A stretch of DNA of 64,000 bases from an uncultured Prevotella sp. GTDB taxonomy: Bacteria > Bacteroidota > Bacteroidia > Bacteroidales > Bacteroidaceae. This document shows positions 39,352-49,853 of the stretch, piece after piece. A model generated the notes under the pieces. The model was not told the origin of the DNA. It did no database searches and saw only the letters and a list, made by a program, of their open reading frames with translations. How positions within the stretch are numbered: position 1 is the first letter of the stretch; every line of letters starts with the position of its first letter. Made by a program: the position numbers and the translations under genes. The DNA lies in contig USEC01000005.1 in NCBI GenBank assembly GCA_900553595.1, positions 2,931 through 66,930 on the forward strand, in the 5' to 3' direction.

Positions 39352-41655
39352 ATGCACGGAAAACGTAACCAACCGACACGATTCCGCCACGGAGCGGTCA
39401 CCACATTCATAGCAATAATCGCCATCATCGCACTCGGACTACCAGCCGTAACCGCCGCACAGAACATGCCGAAGAGCTGCTACACCAAGCTCTCGCCCAT
39501 GCTGCGCACGCTTGTCAGGACAGAGGGCAAGGCTCATGCGCCGTCGGCTTCAGCCCCAGCCGGAGAGCAAAGACAGCTGCGTGTGTGCGCATTCGTGCAG
39601 ACAACTGACGGCAACCGCAACACGCTCACCGGAAACGGATGCAGGATTCTCGCCGATTTCGGCGACATATTCATCGCGGAAGTGCCTCTCCAGGGCATCA
39701 GGACACTGGCAGCCGACTCGCGTATATGCCGCATTGAGGCGGAAAGGGGCAACACGCTCACTCTCGACTCCATGGCCATCTACACCAATGCTACACCCAT
39801 CTACGAGGGCAGGCAGCTGCCACAGGCGTTCACCGGACGCGGCGTCGTGATGGGAATCCAGGATGTAGGCTTCGATCTCACCCACCCCACGTTCTACAAC
39901 GACGACGCCACCGAGTACCGCATAAAGCGTTTCTGGGACCAACTCTCGGCCGACACCATAGGCAGTGCGCTGCCCGTGGGCGCCGAATACACATCGCAAC
40001 AGGCCCTGCTCGACTACGGACATTCGCGCGACGGAATCATAGAATATCACGGAACACACACCCTCGGCATCGCGGCAGGAAGCGGAGCGGGGACGAAATA
40101 CCGCGGCATGGCACCCGAAAGCGACATCTGTCTGGTGAGCAATGCAGTGAACGGCGACGAGATATTCATCGACTCTGCCGACATTTACAAATACACCTAC
40201 GCCACGGACGCACTCGGCTTCAAGTACATCTTCGACTATGCCGAATCGCAGGGCAAGCCCTGTGTCATCTCGTTCAGCGAGGGTGCGAACCAGGAACTGC
40301 ATGGCGATAACATACTATACTACGAAATTCTGCGCCGTATTACGGGTCCGGGACGCATCATTGTGGCGTCGGCAGGCAACGCAGGACTTATGCTGAACTA
40401 TGTGAACAAGCCTTACGGACTATCCAGAGCCGGCTCGTTCATACTCTCGGCAGACGACCATGTGAGCGTGACGACACGGAGCAAGGGACCGCTTTCGTTC
40501 GTAACCACACTGTATGACACCAATAGATGCACCACCACCTCGCCCCGTGTGAGCCAGAGAGGAAGCAGCACCGTACTGCAATTCAGCACCGACGACATAA
40601 TGATAATGCCCGACCTGTGCATCAACGACACCCTCAGCATCGACGGGACACCGTATGTCTTCTCCGCCATAGCCTACCCGTCGTGCTACGACCACGAGCA
40701 ACTGGCGATGGACATCACGCTCACCGGCCCGAAGAAGATAGGATTCGACACAAACGTTTCCATGGAACTTACGGGCAACTACAGCAGTGCCGATATGTTC
40801 ACCATGTACGGACAGATGCTCAACAGCAATTTCAGCGGAATGCTGAACGAAGCGGAATGCTCGCACAACATCAACTCACCGTCGAGCGCACCAAGCGTAA
40901 TCAGCGTGGGAGCGACATCATACCGGCAGGAATACGACAACATTTCGGGCGAGACAATAATCACAAACTACGGGCAGACGGGGCTTCGCAGCTCATTCTC
41001 GTCGGTGGGTCCGACACTCGACGGACGCATAAAACCCGACGTAATGGCACCCGGTGCCAACGTAATATCGGCCATTGGAAACACTTATATTGAGCACAAC
41101 AGCAGCAAAGCCTACAAGAATGTGGTGGCAACGCAGTCGTTCCAAGGAAAGGAATACGGATGGATAGCCACGGGAGGCACCTCCATGTCGGCGCCGGCAG
41201 TGGGCGGAATCATAGCATTGTGGCTTCAGGCCAACCCACATCTCACCCCCGACGATGTGCTGGGAATAATCGCCCGCACCAGCAAACCGTGCGGAGACTA
41301 CGGCAAGACGCCCAACAACTACTGCGGTTACGGCACAATCGACGCCTATGCCGGACTCCTTGACGCACTCAATCTCAGCGGCATCGACGGCATTTCAAAG
41401 CACAATCCGCAAGGCATCGACATCGCCTTAACACGCGACAACCGCCTGAACATAAGTATGGACGAAGCCGCCAAGCACGACTTCAGCATAAAGGTGTACG
41501 ACACCGGCGGCCGACTCCGGCAGACAACACGCCTCCTTTCCGGCGCAACGCACTACGAAGCCGACCTCAGCCAGCTTCCCTCCGGCGTGTATGCAGTGCA
41601 GATTGACAGCCGCGACAGACTGGCAAAAGGCTCCGTACTCATAAGGAAGCAATAA
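39352..41655 (+). CDS. S8 family subtilisin-like serine peptidase with T9SS C-terminal domain
   Basis: Signal peptide; catalytic triad IQDVG, HGTH and GTSMS; KPDVMAPG; CTD VYDTGGR...LPSGVYAV. Confidence 0.92.
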   Translation: MHGKRNQPTRFRHGAVTTFIAIIAIIALGLPAVTAAQNMPKSCYTKLSPMLRTLVRTEGKAHAPSASAPAGEQRQLRVCAFVQTTDGNRNTLTGNGCRILADFGDIFIAEVPLQGIRTLAADSRICRIEAERGNTLTLDSMAIYTNATPIYEGRQLPQAFTGRGVVMGIQDVGFDLTHPTFYNDDATEYRIKRFWDQLSADTIGSALPVGAEYTSQQALLDYGHSRDGIIEYHGTHTLGIAAGSGAGTKYRGMAPESDICLVSNAVNGDEIFIDSADIYKYTYATDALGFKYIFDYAESQGKPCVISFSEGANQELHGDNILYYEILRRITGPGRIIVASAGNAGLMLNYVNKPYGLSRAGSFILSADDHVSVTTRSKGPLSFVTTLYDTNRCTTTSPRVSQRGSSTVLQFSTDDIMIMPDLCINDTLSIDGTPYVFSAIAYPSCYDHEQLAMDITLTGPKKIGFDTNVSMELTGNYSSADMFTMYGQMLNSNFSGMLNEAECSHNINSPSSAPSVISVGATSYRQEYDNISGETIITNYGQTGLRSSFSSVGPTLDGRIKPDVMAPGANVISAIGNTYIEHNSSKAYKNVVATQSFQGKEYGWIATGGTSMSAPAVGGIIALWLQANPHLTPDDVLGIIARTSKPCGDYGKTPNNYCGYGTIDAYAGLLDALNLSGIDGISKHNPQGIDIALTRDNRLNISMDEAAKHDFSIKVYDTGGRLRQTTRLLSGATHYEADLSQLPSGVYAVQIDSRDRLAKGSVLIRKQ

Positions 41656-41816
41656 CAACGGAAGTTGAAAGAATTATAAATAATGATGATTTTATTACAG
41701 GAAACGACCGACTTCTGCAAAAAATATATACATTTGCAACCTCAAAACATCATTCATCATTCACAGTGTCACGCAGGATTTCCAACTGCGTGGCATTGAA
41801 TCAAGTCATAAAAAGC

Positions 41817-42710
41817 ATGAGAAAAATAAAGTTTTTAGCATTCGCCCTCATCGCAACACTGCTTGTTGGATGCGGCACAACACGCACAGTACCAATCACA
41901 GGACGCAAGCAAAACATCCTCGTCAGCGATGAACAGGTGCTCAGTCTGAGCAACCAGGAGTACACAAACTATATGAAGTCGGCAAAAGTCTCCACCAATT
42001 CCGCCAACACAGCAATGGTGAAACGTGTGGGACAACGCCTTGCCACAGCCGTGGAGAAATACCTCAACGAGCACAATATGCAAAGCGAAACGAAGCAGTT
42101 CAGCTGGGAGTTCAACCTCGTGCAGGACAATTCGGCTAACGCTTTCTGCATGCCCGGCGGCAAAATCGTGGTTTATGAGGGTCTGCTTCCATACACACAG
42201 AACGAAGCTTCGCTTGCCATCGTCCTCGGACATGAGATAGCCCATGCCGTGGCAAAGCATTCCGCCGAACAGATGAGCAAGGAAATAAAGAACCAATACG
42301 GCACAGAAATACTCGGACAAGTGCTCAATGCGGCGGGAGTAAGTTCCTCCACAACACAGTTGGCACAGATTCTCACGAAGAAAGGCTTGCAGTTCCGCTC
42401 GCTCAAATACTCGCGCGACCACGAAAGCGAGGCCGACCGCATGGGACTCATATTCGCTGCAATGGCAGGCTACGACCCCAATGTGGCGGTAAGTTTCTGG
42501 GAACGCATGTCGCAGGGAAGCAACAGCAACAGGAGCGACGTGTTCAGCGACCACCCGTCGGACGCAAAACGCATAGCAGCCATAAAGCAGGAACTGCCCG
42601 AAGCACTCACCTACTACAAGCCGGCAGCCGCTACTCCGACCAAGACAACAACCGTTTCGACCAAGAAGAAAACCACTTCTGTCAAGAAGAAAACCACTAA
42701 AAGGAGATAA
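41817..42710 (+). CDS. M48 family metallopeptidase lipoprotein
   Basis: Lipobox LVGC; NAFCMPGG, HEIAH, ESEAD and SDHP motifs. Confidence 0.92.
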   Translation: MRKIKFLAFALIATLLVGCGTTRTVPITGRKQNILVSDEQVLSLSNQEYTNYMKSAKVSTNSANTAMVKRVGQRLATAVEKYLNEHNMQSETKQFSWEFNLVQDNSANAFCMPGGKIVVYEGLLPYTQNEASLAIVLGHEIAHAVAKHSAEQMSKEIKNQYGTEILGQVLNAAGVSSSTTQLAQILTKKGLQFRSLKYSRDHESEADRMGLIFAAMAGYDPNVAVSFWERMSQGSNSNRSDVFSDHPSDAKRIAAIKQELPEALTYYKPAAATPTKTTTVSTKKKTTSVKKKTTKRR

Positions 42711-42735
42711 CCGACTTAGGAGTCAAACCATTAAG

Positions 42736-42810
42736 AAGTCAGGAGTCAAGCCGAATGTTTTGCTTATCACTGTCATAAGACAGACAAGCCAACGGCATGA
42801 CTCCTGACTT
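42736..42810. repeat. Short foldback element family B, second copy
   Basis: aagtcaggagtcaagcc ... ggcatgactcctgactt. Confidence 0.7.
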
Positions 42811-42822
42811 TTTGTTGTTAAA

Positions 42823-42877
42823 CCCAAATCGGTCATAGACCGAAACAGGCGTGTTATAAGAGAATTTGTCTTTCTTT
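42823..42877. mobile_element. Truncated MITE family A (left end only)
   Basis: ttaaa|cccaaatcggtcatagaccgaaacaggcgtgttataagagaa matches the left ends of the copies at 9507 and 62385. Confidence 0.8.
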
Positions 42878-42890
42878 CAACTCAAAACTA

Positions 42891-45833
42891 TCACTTCACC
42901 AATGTGGATTCCGGACCCATGTATGAGCGTTTCAAGCCTCCGAAATCGAGTACAACCTTCTGCAAAACAGTGCCGGGATCGCCACAGATGACACGAAGTT
43001 TATGGTGACCGGGAGTTGGAACATATAGCGTTGATTTGTTGATACGGCTATTGCGCAGCACACTTTCATACCAGTTCTGGGCGTATTCCACCGATGAAGT
43101 GGACGGTTCGATGATGCGTGTGTTGTCGATAGTCACGCCGTAGTGCGTCTCAACACCTGTGCGTTCGTGTCCGGCATAGCCCTGGGCGGTGCAAAGGGTA
43201 TAGGTGGGCAGCACATAAGTATATACATCCACGGGACCCTGCGAGAAGCAATAGAAGTCGTACTCCACAAAAGGAGCGTCAGTGCGTGATGCAAACCCTT
43301 TCTTGCCTACTGGGTTTCCGAGCTGTACGGCATCGCCTGCGGCACCCATATTGGGCACCACAGAAATTCTGACATCGGCAGATTCCTGCTTGCGCTGGTA
43401 GTCGGCGGCATTCATTGCTATGTAGCCGTTGGTCTCAACATGCTGTCCACGCACATCGGCGAGGCTTGGCTGTGCCGGATTGAACACCGACACGAGCACT
43501 TCATCCTTCTGCCCTCCATCCGAGACAAACTCTATATGTCCTGCCACGCGGTCGCCATTTGGAGCCTTAGTCCAATCCACCGATACCGTGAGACGCTCCT
43601 CTGTCGTGACACTACCCTTTGTCCGTGAGAGTCTTATCCACGGTTCGGAGGCCTTCGCAGTCCAGCCGAAAGCCTTTTCACCACGGTTATACACATCTAT
43701 GTAATATGTGGCTGGCACGAAACGGCTGAATGCCGGCAGCTGATGATAGCTGCTCCGCCCACGAACCACATCCTCGCCCTCTACGGCGAGAGCCATATCC
43801 GCCCCTGCCGACAGTCTGGTGGTGCGCAGTTCGGGGCGGTCGTAGTAGGCTTCCGTGCCCTGCTGCTTCACAGACACTATGTGATTCCATTTGCCACCAA
43901 GCATAGTGCTATACTGATTTGTTATGGTCTCCAGGCTGTCGTGGCATTGCATGGAGAGTTTTGCCCAATAGTCGGTGGCAGCACGGTGCTCGGTGGCATA
44001 CTCACGGTTGCGCTGTGCGTAGAGCATCTTGCGGTTTACGAGTTCGCAACCCTTCACCTGGTAACACACATTCTCGAAGAAACAGGCGCGTTTCTGCGTG
44101 GGAAGCTGCTTCATTATGCGCTCCGCCATGTCTGAGATGCGCGTATATTCTGCCAGACGACGCTCCGCTTCGCCATAATTAGCAAACGAAAATTCGGTGT
44201 CAGCATTTATCTCGCGCTGATGTGCATCATTAGTCCACTGTGCGCCGAAGCCCATACACTCCGGCTTACGCTGGAAGGAGAGGTTGTAATAGGTGTTGAA
44301 CATGTCGGCAAACTGGCTTCTGTACTTGTCGCCAAGCATGGCGCATGTCCATTCCGTGCGGTAGCCGGCCGAACGGCGATAGTCGAAAGAGTCGATGTCG
44401 TAGGCCAATGACAGGAAGTAATCCACCGCAAACTCGCATAGCTTTATGTCGCCGGCATTGAGAAGCCAAATGCGGTCGGCAGTGGTGTCGTAGGCTTTGC
44501 GCAACTCCTCATACATGAATGTGGGCGAGGTGGTGTTCATCCACAGATAATTGTGGGGTCGTCCGAGATATGAGGCATGGTAATAGACGCCGGAACGACC
44601 GGAGCGTTTCTGTTCTGCCGGACTGCTGAGACGCTTCATGTAGCCGTAGTTGTCGTCGGGCCAGATTATAGTCACTTCGTCGGGCAACTGCAATCCCTTG
44701 TCATACACATCGAGCACTTCCTTGTAAGGGGTGAATGCCTGTGGTATGTCCTCTATGCGTCCTTTCACGTTGCGTGCTATGATGTCGCGCTGTGCGGCTA
44801 TGGCTTCGCCCATGGTCTTGCATCGCGACGCCATGTCAGAACTTCCGTTCATGGCGGCGTCGTGCAGTCCGCGCAGGGCGAGAGTATAGACATTCTCGTA
44901 TGGAGCCGTCTCCTTCACACGCGCCTCAAGCACGCTGTCGATACCGTGCTTGTTGGTTTCGTAGTTCCAAGGGCCGTACTTGTCGCCGAACCACTCCGTA
45001 GCTGTATTGAGGAAGAGCGGTTCGCAATGCGACGTACCCATGACGATGCCGAAACTGTCGGCTACCACCTTGTTCTCAGGCACCTGATAGAACGCCGTCG
45101 AGCAGTTGTGCATGGCCGGACACAGATAGTTGGCATTGAGGCGGAGCAGCAGTTCACACACGGCGGCATAGGTGCGCGGGCCGAAGTTGCCGCGTTCCTT
45201 CTCGTAATTGTTCTTCGCCCACTGGTAGAGTCCCCAGTCCTCGTCGTTGATGAATACGCCTCGAAACTTCACGCTTGGTTGCTTTGATGTGAAAGGCTTT
45301 ACGTTCACGGAGAGCGTCTGACGCTTCTCCACGGGGGCGTCACCCCAGAAGTACCAGGGATTGACGCCTATGGCATGCGACACCGAAAGGAGTCCGTAAG
45401 CAGCGCCACGCCGGTCGCTTCCCGCCACCACCAGAGCCTCGTCAAATCCATTACCGGGCTTCTTCACCGTCTCTATGCGATAGCGTTCCCATGCTCCGGC
45501 AAGTCCTTCGGTGTTGAGTTTGTTCTGCTTCACAAGTTTCTTAATCCACTCGTTTTCCAGAGTACCCACTATCACCACACGCCTGGCCTTGGCATTACCC
45601 TGCCTTGCATCGTACACGGCGAGACGACGACCCGTCACACGCTGCACATCATCGGCAAAAAGGTTGCTCACCGTATTCATAAGCACCGGCTCAGAGCCGT
45701 CGTAACACACCACGGCCTGCTCGCCACCAGACACGAGACGGAAACCGTCAGCACCGCTGTCAAGCGTGGCCTGCGCCGAAGCCATGCCTACTCCAAGCAC
45801 GGCAAGAACCATAGAAAGATTCTGTCTTTTCAT
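42891..45833 (-). CDS. Glycoside hydrolase family 115 (alpha-glucuronidase)
   Basis: Signal peptide; GSDRRGAAYG, FRGVFINDEDW, GTSHCEP, WPDDNYGY and GVYYH motifs. Confidence 0.92.
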   Translation of the reverse strand: MKRQNLSMVLAVLGVGMASAQATLDSGADGFRLVSGGEQAVVCYDGSEPVLMNTVSNLFADDVQRVTGRRLAVYDARQGNAKARRVVIVGTLENEWIKKLVKQNKLNTEGLAGAWERYRIETVKKPGNGFDEALVVAGSDRRGAAYGLLSVSHAIGVNPWYFWGDAPVEKRQTLSVNVKPFTSKQPSVKFRGVFINDEDWGLYQWAKNNYEKERGNFGPRTYAAVCELLLRLNANYLCPAMHNCSTAFYQVPENKVVADSFGIVMGTSHCEPLFLNTATEWFGDKYGPWNYETNKHGIDSVLEARVKETAPYENVYTLALRGLHDAAMNGSSDMASRCKTMGEAIAAQRDIIARNVKGRIEDIPQAFTPYKEVLDVYDKGLQLPDEVTIIWPDDNYGYMKRLSSPAEQKRSGRSGVYYHASYLGRPHNYLWMNTTSPTFMYEELRKAYDTTADRIWLLNAGDIKLCEFAVDYFLSLAYDIDSFDYRRSAGYRTEWTCAMLGDKYRSQFADMFNTYYNLSFQRKPECMGFGAQWTNDAHQREINADTEFSFANYGEAERRLAEYTRISDMAERIMKQLPTQKRACFFENVCYQVKGCELVNRKMLYAQRNREYATEHRAATDYWAKLSMQCHDSLETITNQYSTMLGGKWNHIVSVKQQGTEAYYDRPELRTTRLSAGADMALAVEGEDVVRGRSSYHQLPAFSRFVPATYYIDVYNRGEKAFGWTAKASEPWIRLSRTKGSVTTEERLTVSVDWTKAPNGDRVAGHIEFVSDGGQKDEVLVSVFNPAQPSLADVRGQHVETNGYIAMNAADYQRKQESADVRISVVPNMGAAGDAVQLGNPVGKKGFASRTDAPFVEYDFYCFSQGPVDVYTYVLPTYTLCTAQGYAGHERTGVETHYGVTIDNTRIIEPSTSSVEYAQNWYESVLRNSRINKSTLYVPTPGHHKLRVICGDPGTVLQKVVLDFGGLKRSYMGPESTLVK

Positions 45834-46042
45834 AGTTTTCAATGATTTTGTAAATAAGTTTTTAGTTCTAATGACACTGCCCGTCACCGGCAGAATGATA
45901 TAAGAATGTCTCTTCACTTAGCAAAATTACTCAATTTAAGCCAAAACCGGACTATATTCCACTTTTTTTTTTCATTCTACGACAACAGCCTTGGCACAAC
46001 AACGCTAACATATTGATTTTCAGCAATATTCTTATTGACTAA

Positions 46043-46123
46043 AAAGAAGCCTTGTTTACATCACAAATAAGGCTTCTTTGCGTAACAAACAAGGCTTGTT
46101 TACAGGCAAAACAAGACTTGTTT
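46043..46123. repeat. 22-bp-period palindrome array (4 units)
   Basis: aaagaagccttgttt-acatcac-aaataaggcttcttt-gcgtaac-aaacaaggcttgttt-acaggca-aaacaagacttgttt, followed by gaaaacc. Confidence 0.9.
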
Positions 46124-46179
46124 GAAAACCGGTCATGTTTTGATTGTTTTTCAGACAGATTTTCCCTACCTTTGCACTT

Positions 46180-46989
46180 ATGAAAAAGCTTATATCAATA
46201 CTTCTGTTTTCCCTGTGCTGCATAGGAATTATGGCACAGGAAACCTACAAGACTAAGAGCGACATCAGCTACACAAAGAAGACTGACAGTTATGCAACGG
46301 AGCGTCTGAAGCTCGACATACACTACCCTGTGGGCAAGACCGGCTGCCCGGTGGTGGTGTGGTTTCACGGCGGCGGACTCACCGGCGGCTCAAAGGAACT
46401 GCCGCAACGCCTGCGCGACAAGGGCATGGTGGTGGTGGGAGTGAACTACCGTCTGCTGCCGAAGGTCACCATCGACAAGTGTCTTGACGACTGCGCCGAG
46501 GCAGTGGCGTGGGTGTTCGGACACATACGCGAATATGGCGGCGACACGGGCAAGCTGTTCCTGTCGGGACATTCGGCAGGAGGCTACATCACGATGATGC
46601 TCGGACTCGACCGTAAGTGGCTCGCACACTACGGCGTGGAAGCCGACAGCATCCGCGGACTCATACCGTTCAGCGGCCAGGCAATAAGCCACTTCTCATA
46701 CAGACAGATGAAAGGAATCTCCAACCTGCAACCCCTCATCGACGAGTATGCCCCACTCTACTGGGTGCGCAAGGACTGTCCGCCGCTCATACTCATCACG
46801 GGCGACCGCGAGACCGAACTCTTCGGACGCTACGAGGAGAATGCCCTGCTCATGCGCTACATGAAACTCGCGGGCAACAACACGACAAAACTCTACGAAA
46901 TAGGCGGCCATGACCACGGAGCCATGGTTGAACCGTCGTTCCACATACTGCTTGACAACATCAAGGAGATACTTGGGAAGGAGCGGTAG
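46180..46989 (+). CDS. Secreted alpha/beta hydrolase (HSL-like esterase)
   Basis: Signal peptide; HGGG and GHSAG motifs; C-terminal GHDH. Confidence 0.9.
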   Translation: MKKLISILLFSLCCIGIMAQETYKTKSDISYTKKTDSYATERLKLDIHYPVGKTGCPVVVWFHGGGLTGGSKELPQRLRDKGMVVVGVNYRLLPKVTIDKCLDDCAEAVAWVFGHIREYGGDTGKLFLSGHSAGGYITMMLGLDRKWLAHYGVEADSIRGLIPFSGQAISHFSYRQMKGISNLQPLIDEYAPLYWVRKDCPPLILITGDRETELFGRYEENALLMRYMKLAGNNTTKLYEIGGHDHGAMVEPSFHILLDNIKEILGKER

Positions 46990-47021
46990 AAGGAACGTTG
47001 ACAAAACAAAACAAACGAAAC

Positions 47022-47119
47022 CAGGGCTTTGCCTTGAAGTTGATGGAATCCGTCGGACAGACATAATGTCCGCCAACAGCCAACAGTCCAATACGGACCA
47101 ACTTCAAGGCAAAGCCCTG
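47022..47119. repeat. Perfect 21-bp inverted repeat with 56-bp spacer between convergent genes
   Basis: cagggctttgccttgaagttg ... caacttcaaggcaaagccctg. Confidence 0.75.
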
Positions 47120-47143
47120 ACTTCGTTCAATCACGCGCCTGTA

Positions 47144-48607
47144 CTATTTCTTCAGCACGGGATCGCAGGTGAGATTCACACCCAGTTTCTTGAATATCTT
47201 CTGATCGACATCACTCAGCATCACCGTACAGTGCACCTGACAGCCGCGCAGTTTGGGCAGCTGTTCGAGGGCATGGAGACAGTTTTCGTCGCTGTCGGAG
47301 AGCACAGAGAGAGCCACGAGCACTTCGTCGGTGTGCAGACGCGGATTGCGTCCGCCCAGATAGTTTATCTTTGTGTGCTGAATGGGTTCAATCATCGACT
47401 GCGGAATGAGCTTCAGTTCATGGTCGATACCGGCCAGATGCTTGGTGACATTGAGCAGAAGGGCGGCGCTGCAACCGAGGAGCGCACTCGAATGAGCCGT
47501 TATCAAGGTGCCGTCCTCAAGCTCTATGGCAGCCGAAGTATGTCCCGTAACCTTCAGATTCTCCTTGGCTGCAACGGTGGCGCGGCGGAAGTCGGTGCTG
47601 ATGCCCGCCTGACTGAACAGCATGCGTATCTTCGCCACCTCGGCTTCGTTGCATGCTCCGAGCGCAAGCTTGTTGGTAGCGGCATAGTAGCGACGCACAA
47701 TCTCATCCTTGGAAGCCTCGCAGCACACCTCATCGTCGCTGATGCAGAAGCCCACCATGTTCACTCCCATGTCCGTCGGCGACTTATACGGGTTGTAACC
47801 ATAGATGCCTTCGAAGAGAGCTTTGAGTACAGGGAATATTTCTATATCACGGTTGTAGTTCACCGCAATCTTGTTGTAAGCCTCAAGATGGAACGGGTCG
47901 ATCATGTTCACATCGTTAAGGTCGGCCGTTGCAGCCTCGTAAGCGATGTTCACGGGATGCTTCAAGGGCAGATTCCACACTGGGAAAGTCTCGAATTTGG
48001 CATATCCTGCCCTCACGCCGCGCTTGTTTTCGTTGTAGAGCTGGCTCAGACACACCGCCATCTTGCCGCTTCCGGGACCGGGGGCTGTGACGATGACGAG
48101 CGGACGCGTCGTCTCCACGAAGTCGTTCTTGCCGAATCCGTCGTCGGAGGCGATGAGTTTCACATCGTGCGGATAGCCGTCGATGAGGTAATGGCAATAT
48201 GTTTTGATGCCGTCGCGCTCAAGACGCTGGCGGAACGCTGCCGCCGCCGGCTGACCGTTGTAGTGGGTTATCACCACCGAGCCTACCATAAAGCCACGGT
48301 TCTGGAACTCGCTGCGCAGACGGAGCACATCCTCATCGTAAGTGATGCCAAGGTCGGCGCGTGTCTTGTTCTTCTCTATATCGGTGGCACTGATGACGAT
48401 TACTATCTCGATGCTGTCGCTTATCTTCTGGAACATGCGCAACTTGCTGTCGGGGAGAAAGCCCGGCAACACGCGGCTGGCATGATGGTCGTCGAAGAGT
48501 TTGCCTCCGAGTTCAAGATAAAGCTTGCCGTCAAACTGTGATATCCTTTCCTTAATGTGCTCTGACTGTATCTTCTGATACTTATCATTATCGAATCCTA
48601 TTCTCAT
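47144..48607 (-). CDS. DUF1846 (UPF0371) family protein
   Basis: GKLYLELGGKLFDDHHASRVLPGF, P-loop GPGSGK and YAKFETFP motifs. Confidence 0.9.
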   Translation of the reverse strand: MRIGFDNDKYQKIQSEHIKERISQFDGKLYLELGGKLFDDHHASRVLPGFLPDSKLRMFQKISDSIEIVIVISATDIEKNKTRADLGITYDEDVLRLRSEFQNRGFMVGSVVITHYNGQPAAAAFRQRLERDGIKTYCHYLIDGYPHDVKLIASDDGFGKNDFVETTRPLVIVTAPGPGSGKMAVCLSQLYNENKRGVRAGYAKFETFPVWNLPLKHPVNIAYEAATADLNDVNMIDPFHLEAYNKIAVNYNRDIEIFPVLKALFEGIYGYNPYKSPTDMGVNMVGFCISDDEVCCEASKDEIVRRYYAATNKLALGACNEAEVAKIRMLFSQAGISTDFRRATVAAKENLKVTGHTSAAIELEDGTLITAHSSALLGCSAALLLNVTKHLAGIDHELKLIPQSMIEPIQHTKINYLGGRNPRLHTDEVLVALSVLSDSDENCLHALEQLPKLRGCQVHCTVMLSDVDQKIFKKLGVNLTCDPVLKK

Positions 48608-48740
48608 ATTCCGCGTTTGTTTGATGCAAAATTACAACTTTTCGGGCGTTTATCAGCATTATCATGCAAAAAAGAAAAGCTTAAAGTAAGTATGTGAACA
48701 AAAACCCGTAATTTTGCATCAAAATAATCTTCACGATATT

Positions 48741-49793
48741 ATGACAAAGCAGAACTACATATTCCCTGCCGAGTGGCACCGCCAGAGCTGCGTGCAACTC
48801 ACATGGCCGCACGCCGATACCGACTGGCAACCGTATCTCGACGAAATACAGGAGACCTTCGTACAGATAGCGAAAGCCGTAGCCCAATACGAGCGACTCA
48901 TCATCGCCGCCATGAATACCGACGATGTAAGAAGCCTGTTGGAGGAGAGTCTGACCGCTGAAGAGATGCAGCGCGTGAGCATATACGAATGCGACAACGA
49001 CGACACCTGGGCCCGCGACCACGCCTTTATCACGCTCGTCGGCACGGAGAAAGACGCACCCTGCCGCCTGCTCGACTTCCGTTTCAACGGTTGGGGCGAG
49101 AAGTTCGACGCCGGAAAGGACAACGCCATCAACCGCACCTTATATAATAAAGGTGTGTTCCACGGCTGCGAACGCATCGACTGCGACGACTTTGTGCTCG
49201 AAGGCGGGTCGGTAGAGAGCGACGGACAAGGCACCGTCCTCACCACAAGCGTGTGCCTCATGGCACCCAACCGCAACCAACCCATGACGCAGGACGAGGT
49301 GGAAGCGGTGCTGAAGGAACGGCTCTGCGCACGAAAGATAGTATGGCTCGACCACGGACAGCTCATAGGCGACGACACCGACGGGCATATCGACACCATA
49401 GCACGGCTCTGTCCAGGCAACACCGTGCTCTATGTGGGGTGCGACGACGATGCCGACCCGCAATACACCGACCTCAAATCTCTCGAGAAGCAGCTCCGGG
49501 AAGCCACCAACGCCGACGGCATTCCGTTCCGGCTGCTGCGTCTGCCCATGCCCGACGCAATACACTTCGACGGTGAACGGCTGCCCGCAACCTACGCAAA
49601 CTTCCTCATTCTGAACGGAGCGGTAATCGTTCCCACCTACGACCAGCCCGACAACGACGCGCTGGCACTAAGTCTTGTCGCCGAAGCCTTCCCCGGCTAC
49701 GACATCATCGGCATCGACTCACGCATCATAATACGCCAACACGGTTCCATACACTGCCTCACGATGCAGTACCCCGAAGAGGTGAACGTGTGA
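48741..49793 (+). CDS. Agmatine deiminase (PPAD/AguA) family protein
   Basis: PAEW, WARD, LEGGS, DTDGHID, TYANF and GSIHCLT motifs. Confidence 0.92.
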   Translation: MTKQNYIFPAEWHRQSCVQLTWPHADTDWQPYLDEIQETFVQIAKAVAQYERLIIAAMNTDDVRSLLEESLTAEEMQRVSIYECDNDDTWARDHAFITLVGTEKDAPCRLLDFRFNGWGEKFDAGKDNAINRTLYNKGVFHGCERIDCDDFVLEGGSVESDGQGTVLTTSVCLMAPNRNQPMTQDEVEAVLKERLCARKIVWLDHGQLIGDDTDGHIDTIARLCPGNTVLYVGCDDDADPQYTDLKSLEKQLREATNADGIPFRLLRLPMPDAIHFDGERLPATYANFLILNGAVIVPTYDQPDNDALALSLVAEAFPGYDIIGIDSRIIIRQHGSIHCLTMQYPEEVNV

Positions 49794-49853
49794 CGACAGC
49801 GGCTGCCTACACCGGCGGCGCACAAACCGTTTCTTCATGAAATCCTTATAGTT

